Shown: piece after piece, positions 47,191 through 59,871 of the stretch
Position numbering within the stretch: the stretch's first letter is position 1
Layout of the letters: every line of letters starts with the position of its first letter
Assembly: GCF_036971445.1 (NCBI RefSeq)
Contig: NW_027212176.1
Span: 1-60,292 of the forward strand
DNA from: Narcine bancroftii
Lineage: Eukaryota
Direction of reading: 5' to 3'
DNA: 60,292 bases
Translations under genes and position numbers: made by a program
Notes under the pieces: generated by a model
Databases searched by the model: none
Seen by the model: the letters and a program-made list of their open reading frames with translations, nothing else
What the model was told of the DNA's origin: nothing

Positions 47191-47703
47191 ATTACGGCAC
47201 TTTGTCACGGCGCAGTGTAAGTTTCAGGTCTGATGGATGAAGAACTGCACGCCAGGTTGAGGGTTGAATCTGTGTGTCATGATGTTGTGGTTCAGAAGCT
47301 GGTTTAATTCTTTGAATGTGGGTCCAGCCTTTCTTGTTCTTACTGCAGTGTCTGTAATTAAAAGTACACAGAAGGGACCATCCCAGGCAGGTTTTAGTTG
47401 ATCCTCTTGCCATGCTTTTACATATAACCAATCACTAGATTTTAATAAAATGAATAACAATCTGACTTTCCTTTGTGTTAGTGTAAAAATTGTAAAATGA
47501 AACACAAACCATATTTGCATGGGTTTTGAATATGTTAGACCTTATTAAAATGCAGTTGGAGCTGCTTGTCTGTATGGGGCACAACCCTCCAATTTGTTAG
47601 AGTACATAACAGACATTGTAGCACAAGAGCCTCTGCAAGAGAACTTGAAACATATTCAACCTTTAGTTCTGCCTTAAGTAAAATGCCTTGTGCCACAGCT
47701 CAC

Positions 47704-47820
47704 AACCATATTCCATATAATAACCATATAGCAATAACAGTACGGAAACAGGCCATATTGGCCCTTCTAGTCCGCACCGATTTACATGAAACTCCAACTA
47801 GTTCCACCTACCTACTCCCT
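47704..47820 (-). mobile_element. CR1-like LINE 3' tip inside ERV-C2
   Basis: ACCATAT-type tail repeats followed by ACGGAAACAGGCCATATTGGCCCTTCTAGTCC; absent from ERV-C1. Confidence 0.6.
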
Positions 47821-48039
47821 GCAAATGTTATAACATCACTCAACTCTCAGGTACTCCCTGTGCAAAATCACATTTGAATACAATTTATTTCATAAATTGG
47901 AATTAACTGGTAGTTAAATTCGCTAATTCTACAGTATTGAAAAACGATCATTTATGACATTTAATTTTTAGCATGAATTTTAATCAATATTGGTCAGTGA
48001 CTGAAGTGGGAAGTCGTGATTTATGAAATTATCTCTGGT

Positions 48040-49328
48040 CTCTACTCTCCCACTCCCGACGCTTCTCCCAACATTCAAGAGCTGGCACACAGTCCCTGCC
48101 TTTTTCCATGTTACTCATCTACTATTACTTTAACTGCTTGCATCAAAATGTTAGCCTTTGCTTTCTGCTTATCCTCAGATGTCTGGACAAATGCTTTTTG
48201 TGTGATCTGTAGAAGCTGGGTTATTCCCTGCTCATGCCAATTTTCTGTCTTTTGTAATTTTCTCCTAATGTCTGGGGCTGAGTTGGTAACAAAACCTGTT
48301 AGTACCAATTGTTCCCCTGCTGGGGATTCTATGTCGAGACCCCCATATTGTATATATATTTGGTCCCAAAAATTGGTCTAACTGTTCGGCACATCCCTGG
48401 GGATCTTCTATCAGGGAGGTCAGTTCTTTCTTAAAGTTACGCACTTCAGTACTGGTCAGGGGCACATTTACGAAACCGAGACCCTCTCCCATGGGAACTT
48501 CCCGCAGTGGTCTCATCCAATTGGTTTCTGGCTTATTAGGTCTGGGTTCCTGCTCCCTGGGAAATGAATCAAAGGGTTCTGCCCTTTCTTCCTGAAGAGT
48601 CTCACGCTGTTCTGAATTAAAGTTACCTCTCTCTCCTGCCAACAGAGGTGGTAATCGAGTGCTTTGTGAGCAAGTTATCATACCACTCCTGCTCTCTTCT
48701 CTAGTGGTGGGGGAGGTGGGGAAGGTGCAGAAGGGTAGGTCATAGGAGGGGAAGGAAAGATAGGAGCCGGCATAGGAGGAACATAAGGTGGAGGGAGGGA
48801 ATGTAACACATCCCAACCCTGTGATTCAGGGACAAAAGGTTCCTCCTCTCTCTTATCCCTGAATTCTTTCTCATTCAAAACCAGCTGTTCAATGGATCCC
48901 TTGAGCCAGCAGGCTGCATATTCCCTGCTCTCAACATTGTCTTTCTGGTTTTGATAGAGCCATAGGTTCAAAGCTTTACACATCCATTCATCCTTGGATC
49001 CGAATTTTGGCCAGTACACGGAGCTCCCTTTAACTGGGTATTTAACCCATTCAATACAACAATACCTGACCATTGTCAGTTTGTCTTTCCCACGGGTCTT
49101 TCCTGTGCCCCACTCAGATAACATCAACCCAAGCGGGCTGTACGTAGCTATCTGGTGTTCACATCCTGAACCAGGACTACAACAATACCTGACCATTGTC
49201 AGTTTGTCTTTCCCACGGGTCTTTCCTGTGCCCCACTCAGATAACATCAACCCAAGCGGGCTGTACGTAGCTATCTGGTGTTCACATCCTGAACCAGGAC
49301 TCTCTTCCTTGCTACTCATTATTCCCAT
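48040..49328 (-). pseudogene. gag: ERV-C2 gag with an in-frame 123-bp duplication
   Basis: MGIMSS start; 41-aa repeat; PPPY/PSAP; frameshift near 48690; same CA deletion as C1. Confidence 0.88.
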
Positions 49329-50936
49329 ACTTATAAACAAGTAAAATTACTCTTACCGAGTTCCAGTAGCAATGCTCTAGCGCGCTTCCTTCCGTCGTTT
49401 GTTCTCAATGCCTCTTCTCGGATATCACTCGCTTCTTCCACTGACCAGCCACCCGTCGCCCGTGAGTCCAGCTGAATCAGCCGGGGTGCACCTACTCTCG
49501 TCGTCGGGGTACTGTCAGTGGAGGGAGTGTGATCCCGGACGATCCCCCATTTGTTAGAAATTAAAGTACCTTTAAAGAAATTGCTCGAGACAAAAATTGA
49601 GAACAAAGAACATTTATTACTACAACAATGCAAAGTTGGGTGCTTCCCCTTACCCTGGGAATACACACACATACTGGGGCTCACCCAACTTTTATACAGT
49701 CAATTTCAGTATCAGAGTGCCCTCCCCCTTACATTCTTCTGCCCCCTGGATGGGTTTGGCATAGGTAATCCTTCCTGCCTACGTGCAGTTTCAGTACACT
49801 TGGAGGACCAGGGGGTATCCTGTGGGTGCCCCATCATGTCATTGTCCTTATTCACACCTTCCTGATTCTCGGGGCTACAGTCTCTTGATATGCAGAGTTG
49901 ACTCATTCTATCTAGGGTTGGCTAATTTCATATGTATAAATCTGTGTATGGTTAGCTAATTAGAAATGTATGACTTGGTACTTCTGTCCAGGGCTAGGAG
50001 ACCCTTATCTGATCCAGACTACCTCAACTTCCTACATTCTATTGTACCTTACCATTCCTTTTCTTAGTCTTATGGTCTTGTCACAAAGACTAGAAGATTC
50101 TTATGTTAATCGTGCTGACTCTGCTTTCCTGCATCCTAACCCCCAAGCTTATCCTGTTTGAACTGGTTACAGCCATTTACTGATGAACTTTAGTTTCTTC
50201 CATGTTCATAATTTTAGATCAATTTTCCCATCTCTCACAATACTGAGACTGCAGTTTGCTTACTGACCAGCTGGGAAAAAGACCAAGTTTACAAGTAATA
50301 CATTTCAGTTAAGAGATCAGTAATACTGATCTAAAAGAAAAGTGAGGATTGTGAGAGATGAGTAAAACTGATATAAAAATATGAAGATGAGGAAACTAAT
50401 ATAGATATAAGGGTAAATGAATAAAGCCAGTATGAACAGGATAAGAAATGGATATTAGAATGTAGGAAGTCAGTCTGAGTAAGATAAGGTTCTTCTAGCC
50501 CTAGATAGAATTAGCAGGTTTTGCATATGTAATTAGTAAGCCCAAGACAGTATTAGCAAGTTCTACATATGAAGAGGTTGTAGCCCTGAGAGTTGGGAAG
50601 GTGTAAATTAGAACAAAGACAGGTTTGTGAATAAGGACAATGAGGATAATGACATGATGAGACACCGACAGGATACCCCCTGGTCCTCCAAGTTCACAGA
50701 AACAGTACGTAGGCAGACAGGATTGCCTAATCCCAAACCTCTCCAGGAGGCAGAAGAATGTAAGGGGGAGGGTATTCCTATACTGAAATGAACTGTATAA
50801 AAGTTGGGTGAGCCCCAGTGTATGTGTGTATTCCCAGGGAAGCACCCAACTTTGCATTGTTGTATGATAAATGTTCTTTGTTCTCAATTTTTGTCTCGAG
50901 CAATTTCTGTGAAGGTACTTCTATTTCTAACAGTAT

Positions 50937-51830
50937 GTATGACATATAATGTCAAGGTGACTGTGAAACCTCACTAAGGACAGTTTCCGTTGCCTAAGTT
51001 ACAAGGGCAGGAAATTGTAATTGATTACACGGACATGATAGAGAGGGCAAGGGGATATCGATATCTCTTAGTAGCAGTTGATGTGTTCACAGGTTGGCCT
51101 GAGGCAATCCCTGCCAAATGAGAAGATGCAAAGACGGTAATTAAGTTCCTAATCAACCAGTACATTCCTATACACGGGTTTCCTAGGAAGATCAGGTCAG
51201 ATAATGGAAGTCATTTTAAGAATGAAGATTTACAGGAGGTAGAAGCGATGTTGGGGGTAAAACATACCTTTGGAACGGTGTATCATCCACAATCCCAAGG
51301 AAAAGTGGAGAGAATGAACCAAACAATAAAAGGTAAGATCGGGAAAGTACAGGCACGGACCAAATTAAATTGGCTGGATGTGCTGCCCCTGGCATTGATG
51401 TCAATAAGGAGTTCGGTAAGTTATGTGACAGGATTTACTCCGTATGAACTACAAACGGGGCACCAGTTTCCGGGACCTGGAGCCGGGATTCATACCACAA
51501 AGGAAGAGGTAAGTCCAATGAGATGTAAGCTTTATGATGATAAACTAACGGCTCTGATATCAGCTTTTTCACAACAGGTTACAAGTACCGAACGGAAAGG
51601 TGAAACCCCGATACCATCACTGCGGAGTGGGTTCTGCTAAAGGTGATCAAGAGAAAGTGGTCGGAGCCCAGGTGGACAGGACCCTATAGAGTGGTGGAGA
51701 GGACGTCCCACGTGGTTCGACTACAGTGAAAAGGCGAGACGTGGTATCATTGGAGTCAGTGAACAGCAACGGACCCACCGACACGGACACTGGAACAGAT
51801 TCGAATGGAGATGACTGGGACTCTGTGAAG
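50937..51830 (+). pseudogene. pol: ERV-A integrase core and C-terminus
   Basis: IVIDYTDM, IRSDNGSHF, YHPQSQGKVERMNQTIK (DDE), WTGPY; several stops. Confidence 0.92.
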
Positions 51831-51950
51831 AAACCATGGACTAAGAACTTTTTGAACGGGTCCCTTTAAAGAGACTATTGGATTACAGTGACTGTATTTC
51901 AGTATTTGAAGTGATATTTATATATTGAAGTCAACAGAATTTAGGGGGCT

Positions 51951-52226
51951 GTGATGGACACTATGTGGGGACTATGGGTGATGTTGTTCCGAGCCTTTGA
52001 AGCATCTGGAGAAGGAAACAACTGTACAAAGTGTTTGTGGTCAGCCTGGGAGGCCCATAACGAACCGGAACAGTATTTTGCGGATTGGACTGACTTTCCT
52101 GAACACTGTGTTGGGGCCCCCACTGGACTGAAGTGTGTTCATAATGGCCAAGTTTATGAGGTTAAGTTTAACAAGGGGTCGGAGATGCCGGTCCTTGCAA
52201 AACCTCCCGAGGTCTCGGTCCCATAA
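51951..52226 (+). other. Short Cys/Trp-rich ORF between ERV-A pol and PPT (env 5' remnant or accessory ORF)
   Basis: Hydrophobic N-terminus WGLWVMLF, 4 Cys, env position; no TM subunit. Confidence 0.4.
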
Positions 52227-53451
52227 GTTAACTGGTGGTTGGTCTCATTTTCATGAGACCAAAAGGGGGACTGTTGGAATATAGGGGTTAATTAATCATA
52301 GAAAGTATGTAGAATATATGCTTATGTACTATTCAGTTTGTATACATGAATCCAGTATTATGTAACAATTTAATATTTACCTCATGGTGAAGGGAAAGAG
52401 TAATGTAAGTAAGGGGCAGCCACAGTTTGTAGCAAAGTTGGCTGATTACAGTAGGTTTAGAATTGCCTGCTCCCAAAATACAAAAGAGAGGATATGTATG
52501 AAACAATTTAGTAGGAAGGTTAAGGCAAAAGGAGGTGTTGATTAGCACAGGAGACGATGGCCAGACAAGAACAAAGAGAATCCTGACAGAGACTGTCAGA
52601 AATAAAGAGAATGGAAACTGACTCAGTAAGAAGGCAGAAGGAGGTGTTGAGTAGAACAGAAGAATATGGCCAGATGAGAACAAAGAAATAATTAGAAATA
52701 TCTGGGGTATGAATTGATTTCTGATCAAAATAACAGGATATTCTGGCCTTGAGGATTAAGATGGAAGCTCTACACCCCCCCCCCCCCCCCAGATAGCTGC
52801 AGAGTAGGAAATTACTTGTGATAAATCTTATGCAAGAAATCTAGCAAAGAAAGCCAACTTTTGTTCTGTATGAAATGAAATCTAGCAAAGGAAGCCAACT
52901 TTTGTTCTGTTTGATAAGGTTGAGCTATATAAACTGTAGAGACTGAACAGTCTTGGGGAATAGCTCACTGAGCAGGTGACCTATGAACTAACGACTGAAC
53001 CTGAGCTCTGTTAAGCTTTATTCTTGTGCTGTGTAATAAACTGATTGTTGAACCGAATACCTTCTCCTATCACTTCATTCAACGAGCATGCTGGACTCAG
53101 ACGACACATAGACTAAATTGAGGGTAGGGTAAAGCCAGAGTCCGACACTCGCCACATCGACCTGCAGGGATATCGACGGAAAAGCAAGCTCTGTGGATGC
53201 ATCTCAGGGCGAGTGAGGGTTGCAACGTTGCGTTGATTGAAATGCTGGGTTGGGGATGGAGTTTAAAGAAAGCGACAGCAGGAGATTTTCCTGCACTCTT
53301 AAGGTGCTGAACAGGCTGGAAACCAGGGCACTGCAGAGAGGGCACCCCCTTCCCTCTCCAGCCCCAAACACCAGACGCTTCCCAATCCCTCCCCAGCCCC
53401 AAACACCAGGCACTTCCCCCCCTCCCCAGCCCCAAACACCAGAATCCCCAC

Positions 53452-56135
53452 TCCTGTTAGGGAAGAATGTCCCAGTGGTGGTCCAGGGGGGTGGTCACTG
53501 ACCCCATGAGATTTGTGATGATGCATTGTCAAATATACTTGAAATCCAGGACTCTGATGAATGCATATGCCCCAAATTATAATGATGAAAAGTTTATACA
53601 GGATTTATTTTTGACAAGTATCTGGGTGGGGGGGAGGATTTCAATTTTTGTCTGGATCCGGCCATGGATAAATTGGTAAAGAAGGTCACAAGGGTTAGGG
53701 TAGCTAGGTCCACCCTGGCTTTCATGAAGGAGTTGAATCTTGTCTGGAGGAGGCTGAATCCAAGAGTGAGGGATTACTCTTTTTATTCGCAGCTGCATAA
53801 CTCCGACACACAGATTGATTTTTTTTCTTGGCGTCAGCCCAACTGGAGGGTAGCTTAGTGGAAGCCAAGTATAAAGTATGGCTGCTGTCAGACCATGGAT
53901 TTTAATGCCTGATAAGCAGGCCCCAGTGTATAGATTGTGCCTGCACATGACATTGTTGGGAAAATGGAATTTTGTGGCTTTGGGAGAGCTCAGATAGATT
54001 TGTTCTGTGAGACGATCTGCCCCTCTACTGAGGATAACTTCCTGATATGGGACACATTAAAGGCTTATTTAAGGGGCCAGATAATTGGATACACCAAGAA
54101 TGTCAAAAATTAGGTTAATGATCTGGAATTGGAGATAACACAAATGGAAAAGGAATGGGCAGGGAAGAGAAATATAGAAACTTGCTGAATAAAAAACTTG
54201 AGTACAATATGCTGCAAATGAATAGGATGGAAAAGTTGGTTCTAAGATCCAGACAGCAGTACCATGAGCTGGGGAAGAAGGCCCATAAAGTCTTGTCCTG
54301 GTAGGTGAGGGCGGAGGAGGCTTCCAGAATGGCCATCTTTATTCAGACAGGGGATGGTAAGATCTCATGCAGGCCAAGAGAAATAAATGAAATATTTAAA
54401 GAATTCTATGAAGAAATTTATAAATCGGAGTCAGGGAGAGACTGCACCAAAATAGATGAGTTCTTGCACCCATTGGACTTGTCAAATTTAGGACAGGAGG
54501 AGCAAGAGGGGCTGAGTGCTCCATTTACTAAGGATGAAATGGAACAGGCTTTGGGCTCTTTACAGGTGGGCAAGTCCCTGGGAGAGGATGGCTTCCTCAC
54601 CAAATTTTACAAGGAGTTCAAGGACCTCTTGTAGCCCTTTCTTATGAAGGTGGCAGATCATGCAGCAGAGATGGATACCCTCCCGGAATCTTTCACAAGA
54701 GCAATCATTATGGTTATACAGATAAAAGACAGGGATCCCCTGAAACCTGCCTCATAAAGGCCTATTACATTGCTGAATGCCGATTATAAAATAATCGCAA
54801 AAGCATTGGCAAACAGGCTGTTGAAACACCGGCCGAAGATAACAAACCCAGATTAGGTTGGTTTCATAGAAAACATAGCTAGACAGCTAAGCATTGTACA
54901 TCTAGCACAATCAAGGACGGACCCAGGAGTGACCATAGCTTTGGATGCAGAGAAGGCCTTCAACAGACTAGAGTGGGATTTTCTGTTCAAGGTGCTGCAG
55001 AAATTCAGATTGGGACACACCATTTAACAATTGAGTTAAGGCTCTTTATCATAAACTTCAAGCCAAAATTATTACAAATGGGCAGATATCTTCAGCATTT
55101 TCCTTGAATGGGTCAAGTAGGCAAGGTTGTCCTTTGTCCCGGGCGCTATTCATACAGGCTATAGAGCCACTGGGAGAGCCCATTTGGCAGGATCCAGTCA
55201 TAAGGGGGTTGAAGGTAGGCCGGTGGAATACAAAATTCAGCCTTTTTGTTGATGATGTATTAATGAATCTGAGGTTTGGGTGGGGGGGGGGGGGTTATTG
55301 GCCAGGCTGAGGACCAGCCTGGCCAATATTGGATACAGAGTAAATCTGAATAAGGTTGAGTTTATGCTTCTAACAAATGGGGATTACGATCAGGATGAAT
55401 GTGACAGTGAGTTTGAGTGGCTGAGGGAAAGGAGAAAGTACTTTGGGGTCAAATTAGTTAAGGACTTATGTAATTTGTACAAGCTTAATTTTATCACTTT
55501 GTTCCGGAGCATTGAGAAAGACCAGGTCAGCTGGAAGACTTTGCCCATTACATTCATGGGCAGAGTCAACTGTGTCAAAATGAAGCTGATTTCAATATCC
55601 TACCCATTGCATTGCCTCAGGGATTTTTTTTAAGGTCCTCAACGAGTGTGTCAGGAAGTTTCTTTGGAACGGGAAAGTGGCTAGAATCTCCATGGAAAAG
55701 TTAACATGGGATTATAATTTGGGGAATTAAAATGACCTGGCTATCAAAAGTATTATGGGGATTCCAAGTGAGATTTATCGCCTCGCTATTTGAAGGAGAA
55801 GGGGGCCCCAGTGTGGACGCAGATTGGGCTGCATTCGTTAACTCTTAAAGAAAACGGATAACCCCCATTTTAAAACTTACTTCAGACGTGGAAAAGGTAT
55901 TGGATGGAAGGTGGGGATATCCCCTCAAAATGCCCGACTCAGAATAATTTAGTACCCTTGACTCTGGGAAATAAAGTCCTGGACACCTGGTGCCTGAGGG
56001 GTGGGGGGGGGGGAGTCAGGTGTATCGAGGATTGCCACAAAGGTGGGGGGTGGGTGGAGGCGACTTATGTCATTTGAGCGATTGAGAAACAAGTATAATT
56101 TTTTCAACATGACATTTTTCCTTTATCTGCAAATA
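53452..56135 (+). mobile_element. Degenerate L1-clade LINE, paralog of the 10875-13520 copy
   Basis: RFVMMHCQIY..MNAYAPN, GSSRQGCPLS; same lesions as the left copy. Confidence 0.88.
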
Positions 56136-58970
56136 AGATTTTTTTTTGATAATTTTATTTGTTAATCATGGTAAGACATAGAATAAAAAATACAACTGAA
56201 GGAAAAATAAAATACGTACATGATGTTGCTGTAAATAATACCACATAACACCCCCCCCTCTAAACTACCCCAATGAAGAAAAGAAGAGATCAAATAATAT
56301 AAAACTCTCAATCAGTTATTTGCCCATGATTTGGAGCAACACCATGGATGCATGGAAAGATTAATAATTCAACCCCATACTTTCCAAATACAGGCTCCAA
56401 GTTTAACAAAAAAAGAATAGTTATTACAAGATTGTTATCTTTTCCAATGGAAACCAAGAGCTCATTTCCAAATACCATCTTAACTCTATGGACGCTGCTA
56501 GACCTGCTGGGCTCCTCCAGTATTTTCACTGCAATCACAGCATCTCACGGAGTCCAGTGGTTCTCAACCTTCCCTTCCCACTCACATCCCACTTTAAGTA
56601 ATCCCTAGGCCATGGGTGCTCTGTGATTAGTAAGGATTGCTTAAGGTGGATGTGAGTGGGAAGGTTGGGAATCACTGCTCTAGACTCAACTGTTACTGAA
56701 ATATTTCGCTTGAGAAAAATTGTAATTGACCCATTTCATTTGGAGTTCTGAAACCCTGCACATAATGAGTCAATGAGGGATGATTAAAACAGTGATTCTC
56801 AACCTTTTTCTTTCCACACACATTCCACTGTAAGTAATTCCTATGCCGTCAGTGCTCTGTGATTAGTAAGGGATTACTTACAGTGGGACGTGAGTGGAAA
56901 GAAAAGTTTGAGAACGAACAACTTAGGGGATATTGTAAAAAAAATTAGAAGAGTGGGTTTTCCACGTGACCCGGAGCTGTTCCTCTGGCAAATATGGGAG
57001 AAGTGCAGTTTAGACTGACTAAGTTCCAAATTTTTGTTTGTGAAGGTCACGGTTTTGTGGAAGTCCGACTCCCAGCTAAATACCACACGATGGAATACGG
57101 AAATGCAAAGTTGCATTCCCTTGGAGAAAAATCACATCTAACCTACGGAGGAAACAGCACATTTGGTAGAGAAAGGCAACCTTACTTGCAATGCACTGGT
57201 TCTTAGATAGACTGAGTTCCCTCCCCCCCCCCCCCCCCCCCACCCACCCCCCCGCCACCGTCTTTCAAATAGTGATAAGGTTAAATTATCTCACTTTGTG
57301 CGGATGATGCACCTGCCCTTTTCTTTTCAGGTCCTTAGTTTTCTTTTACTTTTGAATTTCTTTTCTCTTTAGTATTTTCTTTGAATGGTGTTACCATTGT
57401 GATTTTTTTCATTACAAGTCGTGTGCCTCATGAGTGGGATTGAGGTAAGTGTTTGGAATGTATTTGCTGTGGTTGGTGGGGACAAATATGGACTTTGGGT
57501 GTACATATGTACGTGAATGGCTTTGCATTGCTTATTGGATTTGTTAAATCTGTGAAAACTATGAATCACAGACTTCAACCAGTCATTCATTGCAGGCAGG
57601 GATTTGCAACATCGTACGAAACATGACTGCTTTCATATACATACTATTGCTATGGTCCTTTGGACTGAGGGGAATGTGTATAAAACGTGTTGTAATTTTG
57701 ACATGGTCCCAACCAAAATCTGGAACGTGCACTTTAATCATAGGTGAATTGTGTGATTACAAATTTAAAACTGTGGTTGGAGTATGGGAAAAAAAAGTGT
57801 CCTTGCCCCAAACATTATGGAAGACACTGTACATTTAAGATACAGTGAAACAGATTTTTGCATAGTGGGGGAAGGTGGCTCTGGGTTCATGGCCACATCA
57901 GCTGTCATCTCACTGAATGTGGAAGCAGGCTCCTGGGACCCTCTGGCCTGGCTGTGTAGCAGTGAATAAAACCTCTCACGACTGGAGGGAGAACCCTTTT
58001 ATTAGCTTACAACTAAGAGTAGGGTCTCACAGTGGTCTTCGGAAGGGTTCTGGGTTTAGACAGGAAATTGGGGTTATATGTGGACAGATCCAGCCATCGG
58101 CCCAACGCACTAGCAGGGAATCCCAGTTCGCTGCAGGGATTTGGAGTTTCCTGGGGCAGCTTTGGGAGTGCTGGGATCTCCTCCAGCCACACATTACATA
58201 TCAAAGGGCATCGGTTTGGCCAGCCCTGCTCCAGATCACCCCTCAACCTGACCCCCCTCCTGACATCATCACCCTACTGTTCATCTTAGCTCCAGCGTAG
58301 GTGGTTGAGTGATTCAGAGGGTCTGTCTGGGTGGGGGTGGGGGGGGGGGGGGAGAGAATGGGGGAGTGGTTAGTGAGCAATTCAAACCCACTTAAATACC
58401 AGTGGTAACCCCACCCCCACCAGAATAAAACCCACAGACCTTTCCCCTCCCCGCACAGAATAAAAACTTCAGACCCTTCCCCCCCAGACAGAATAAAACC
58501 CATGGACATCCCCACACCGGATTAAAACCCACAGAGCCGCCCTCAACATAAATTAAAACCCACAGACCACCCACCCCCACGGAATAAAACCTTCAGACCC
58601 CTCCCCCAACAAGGATTAAAATCCACAGTGCCCACTGCCCCCTGGGCTGGGAATAAAACCTACAGACCCCCTCCAATGACCAGGACAAAAACCTACAGAC
58701 CCCCCACTCCCACCACCTGGACTGGGAATAAAATTCAGGGGAACCCCATCATTGACATATCTCACATGACCACCCCCACCTCCCCCAGTCCTGCACCCCA
58801 CCACCACCATGGGAGAAACATCAGCTCCATTGAAGACTAGGACTGGAATTCCTGCATCCAGTCGACAGGAGGTGGCTGTGTCCAGGGGGAGTTGTGATGG
58901 GGACCAGTCACATCCAATGTGTTGCTCCGGGCGGGGGCGGGGGGCAGATGTGATCATTCCCCCTCCAGTC

Positions 58971-59104
58971 CTACCTCTCCTCTTTCTTCTTCCTCCAATA
59001 ATTGCAACCACCTGCAAATGTGTGGTAACATATTCCAATGGCCATGAACAGCAAGACCAGGAAGAGAATAACAATGACCACATCTCTATGTCTGGATGTC
59101 TGAT
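58971..59104 (-). CDS. MHC-I-like TM + cytoplasmic exon, copy 2
   Basis: DQTSRHRDVVIVILFLVLLFMAIGICYHTFAGGCNYWRKKKEER*. Confidence 0.72.
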
Positions 59105-59871
59105 CTGTCAGAATTTAGAGGAATAGTCAGATGTGGGACAGAGTTCGCAGAACTCCTGGTTATTCCATGCACCGCCCCACATGGCAAACACTAAGTACCC
59201 CTCGTTCTCACCTCCTGGAACTCAGGCCCACCCTTACCAGGATATGGATCCGACCTTCCCTTCTTCCCCAGTATACTGACCCCACCCTCCCTCCTCTCCT
59301 CTCTTGGTCTCTCTCCTCCCTCCTTCCCCCTCCCCCCCCCTCTCCTGGTCTCTTCCCTCCCTCCCTCCTCTCCTGGTCTGTACCCATCTCTCCCCTCCTC
59401 TCCTCTCGGTCTCTCTCCTCCTTCCTTCCCCCTCCTCTCCTCTCGGTCTCTCTCCTCCTTCCTTCCCCCACTCTCCTGGTCTCTTCCCTCCCTCCACCCC
59501 CTCCATCCTCTTCTGGTCCGACCCCTCCCTCCTCTCCTGGCCAAACCCCTCTAACCCTCCTGGTCTGATCAGTCCCCTCTCCCAATTCTCCTGGTCTGTC
59601 CCCTCCCTCCCCATTCTCCTGGTCTATCCTCCCTCCTCTCCCGGTCCCTCATCCCTCCATCCCTCCCTGTCTTTCCTACCCCCTTCCCTCATCTCTCTCC
59701 TCCCTCCCTCCCTCCTCCCCCAATCCTGGTCTGAGAACTCTCTTCCCCCCCTCTCCTGGTCTGTCCCCTCCCTCCCTCTATCACCCCCCTCTTGGTCTGT
59801 CACCTCCCTCCTTCCTCGCCTGATCTGACCAACCCCTCCTCCCCACACTGCCGTCATCGAGTGCCTCTTAC

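Larger units (their letters stand above)
44809..50239 (-). mobile_element. ERV-C2: non-autonomous provirus, antisense within ERV-B
   Basis: 688-bp LTRs 44809-45496 and 49552-50239 (one difference seen), TSD ATAC, PBS-Pro 49532-49549; same structure as ERV-C1. Confidence 0.95.
39860..50932 (+). mobile_element. ERV-B: class I defective provirus, tRNA-Pro primed, nested in the ERV-A integrase
   Basis: LTRs 39860-40452 and 50350-50932, TSD GTAT, PBS TGGGGACTCGTCCGGGAT 40455-40472, PPT AAAAGAAAAGTGAGGA. Confidence 0.95.
34570..53147 (+). mobile_element. ERV-A: defective provirus, tRNA-Trp primed, host of nested insertions
   Basis: 5' LTR 34570-36761 (contains RTE), 3' LTR 52272-53147, TSD CTCG, PBS TGGTGACCCCGACGTGAT 36765-36782, PPT AAAAGGGGGA 52261-52270. 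Confidence 0.95.

Noticed and set aside
59131-59857. Multiple 117-174 aa ORFs
   Set aside because: Purine/pyrimidine-rich intronic minisatellite of the second MHC-like copy
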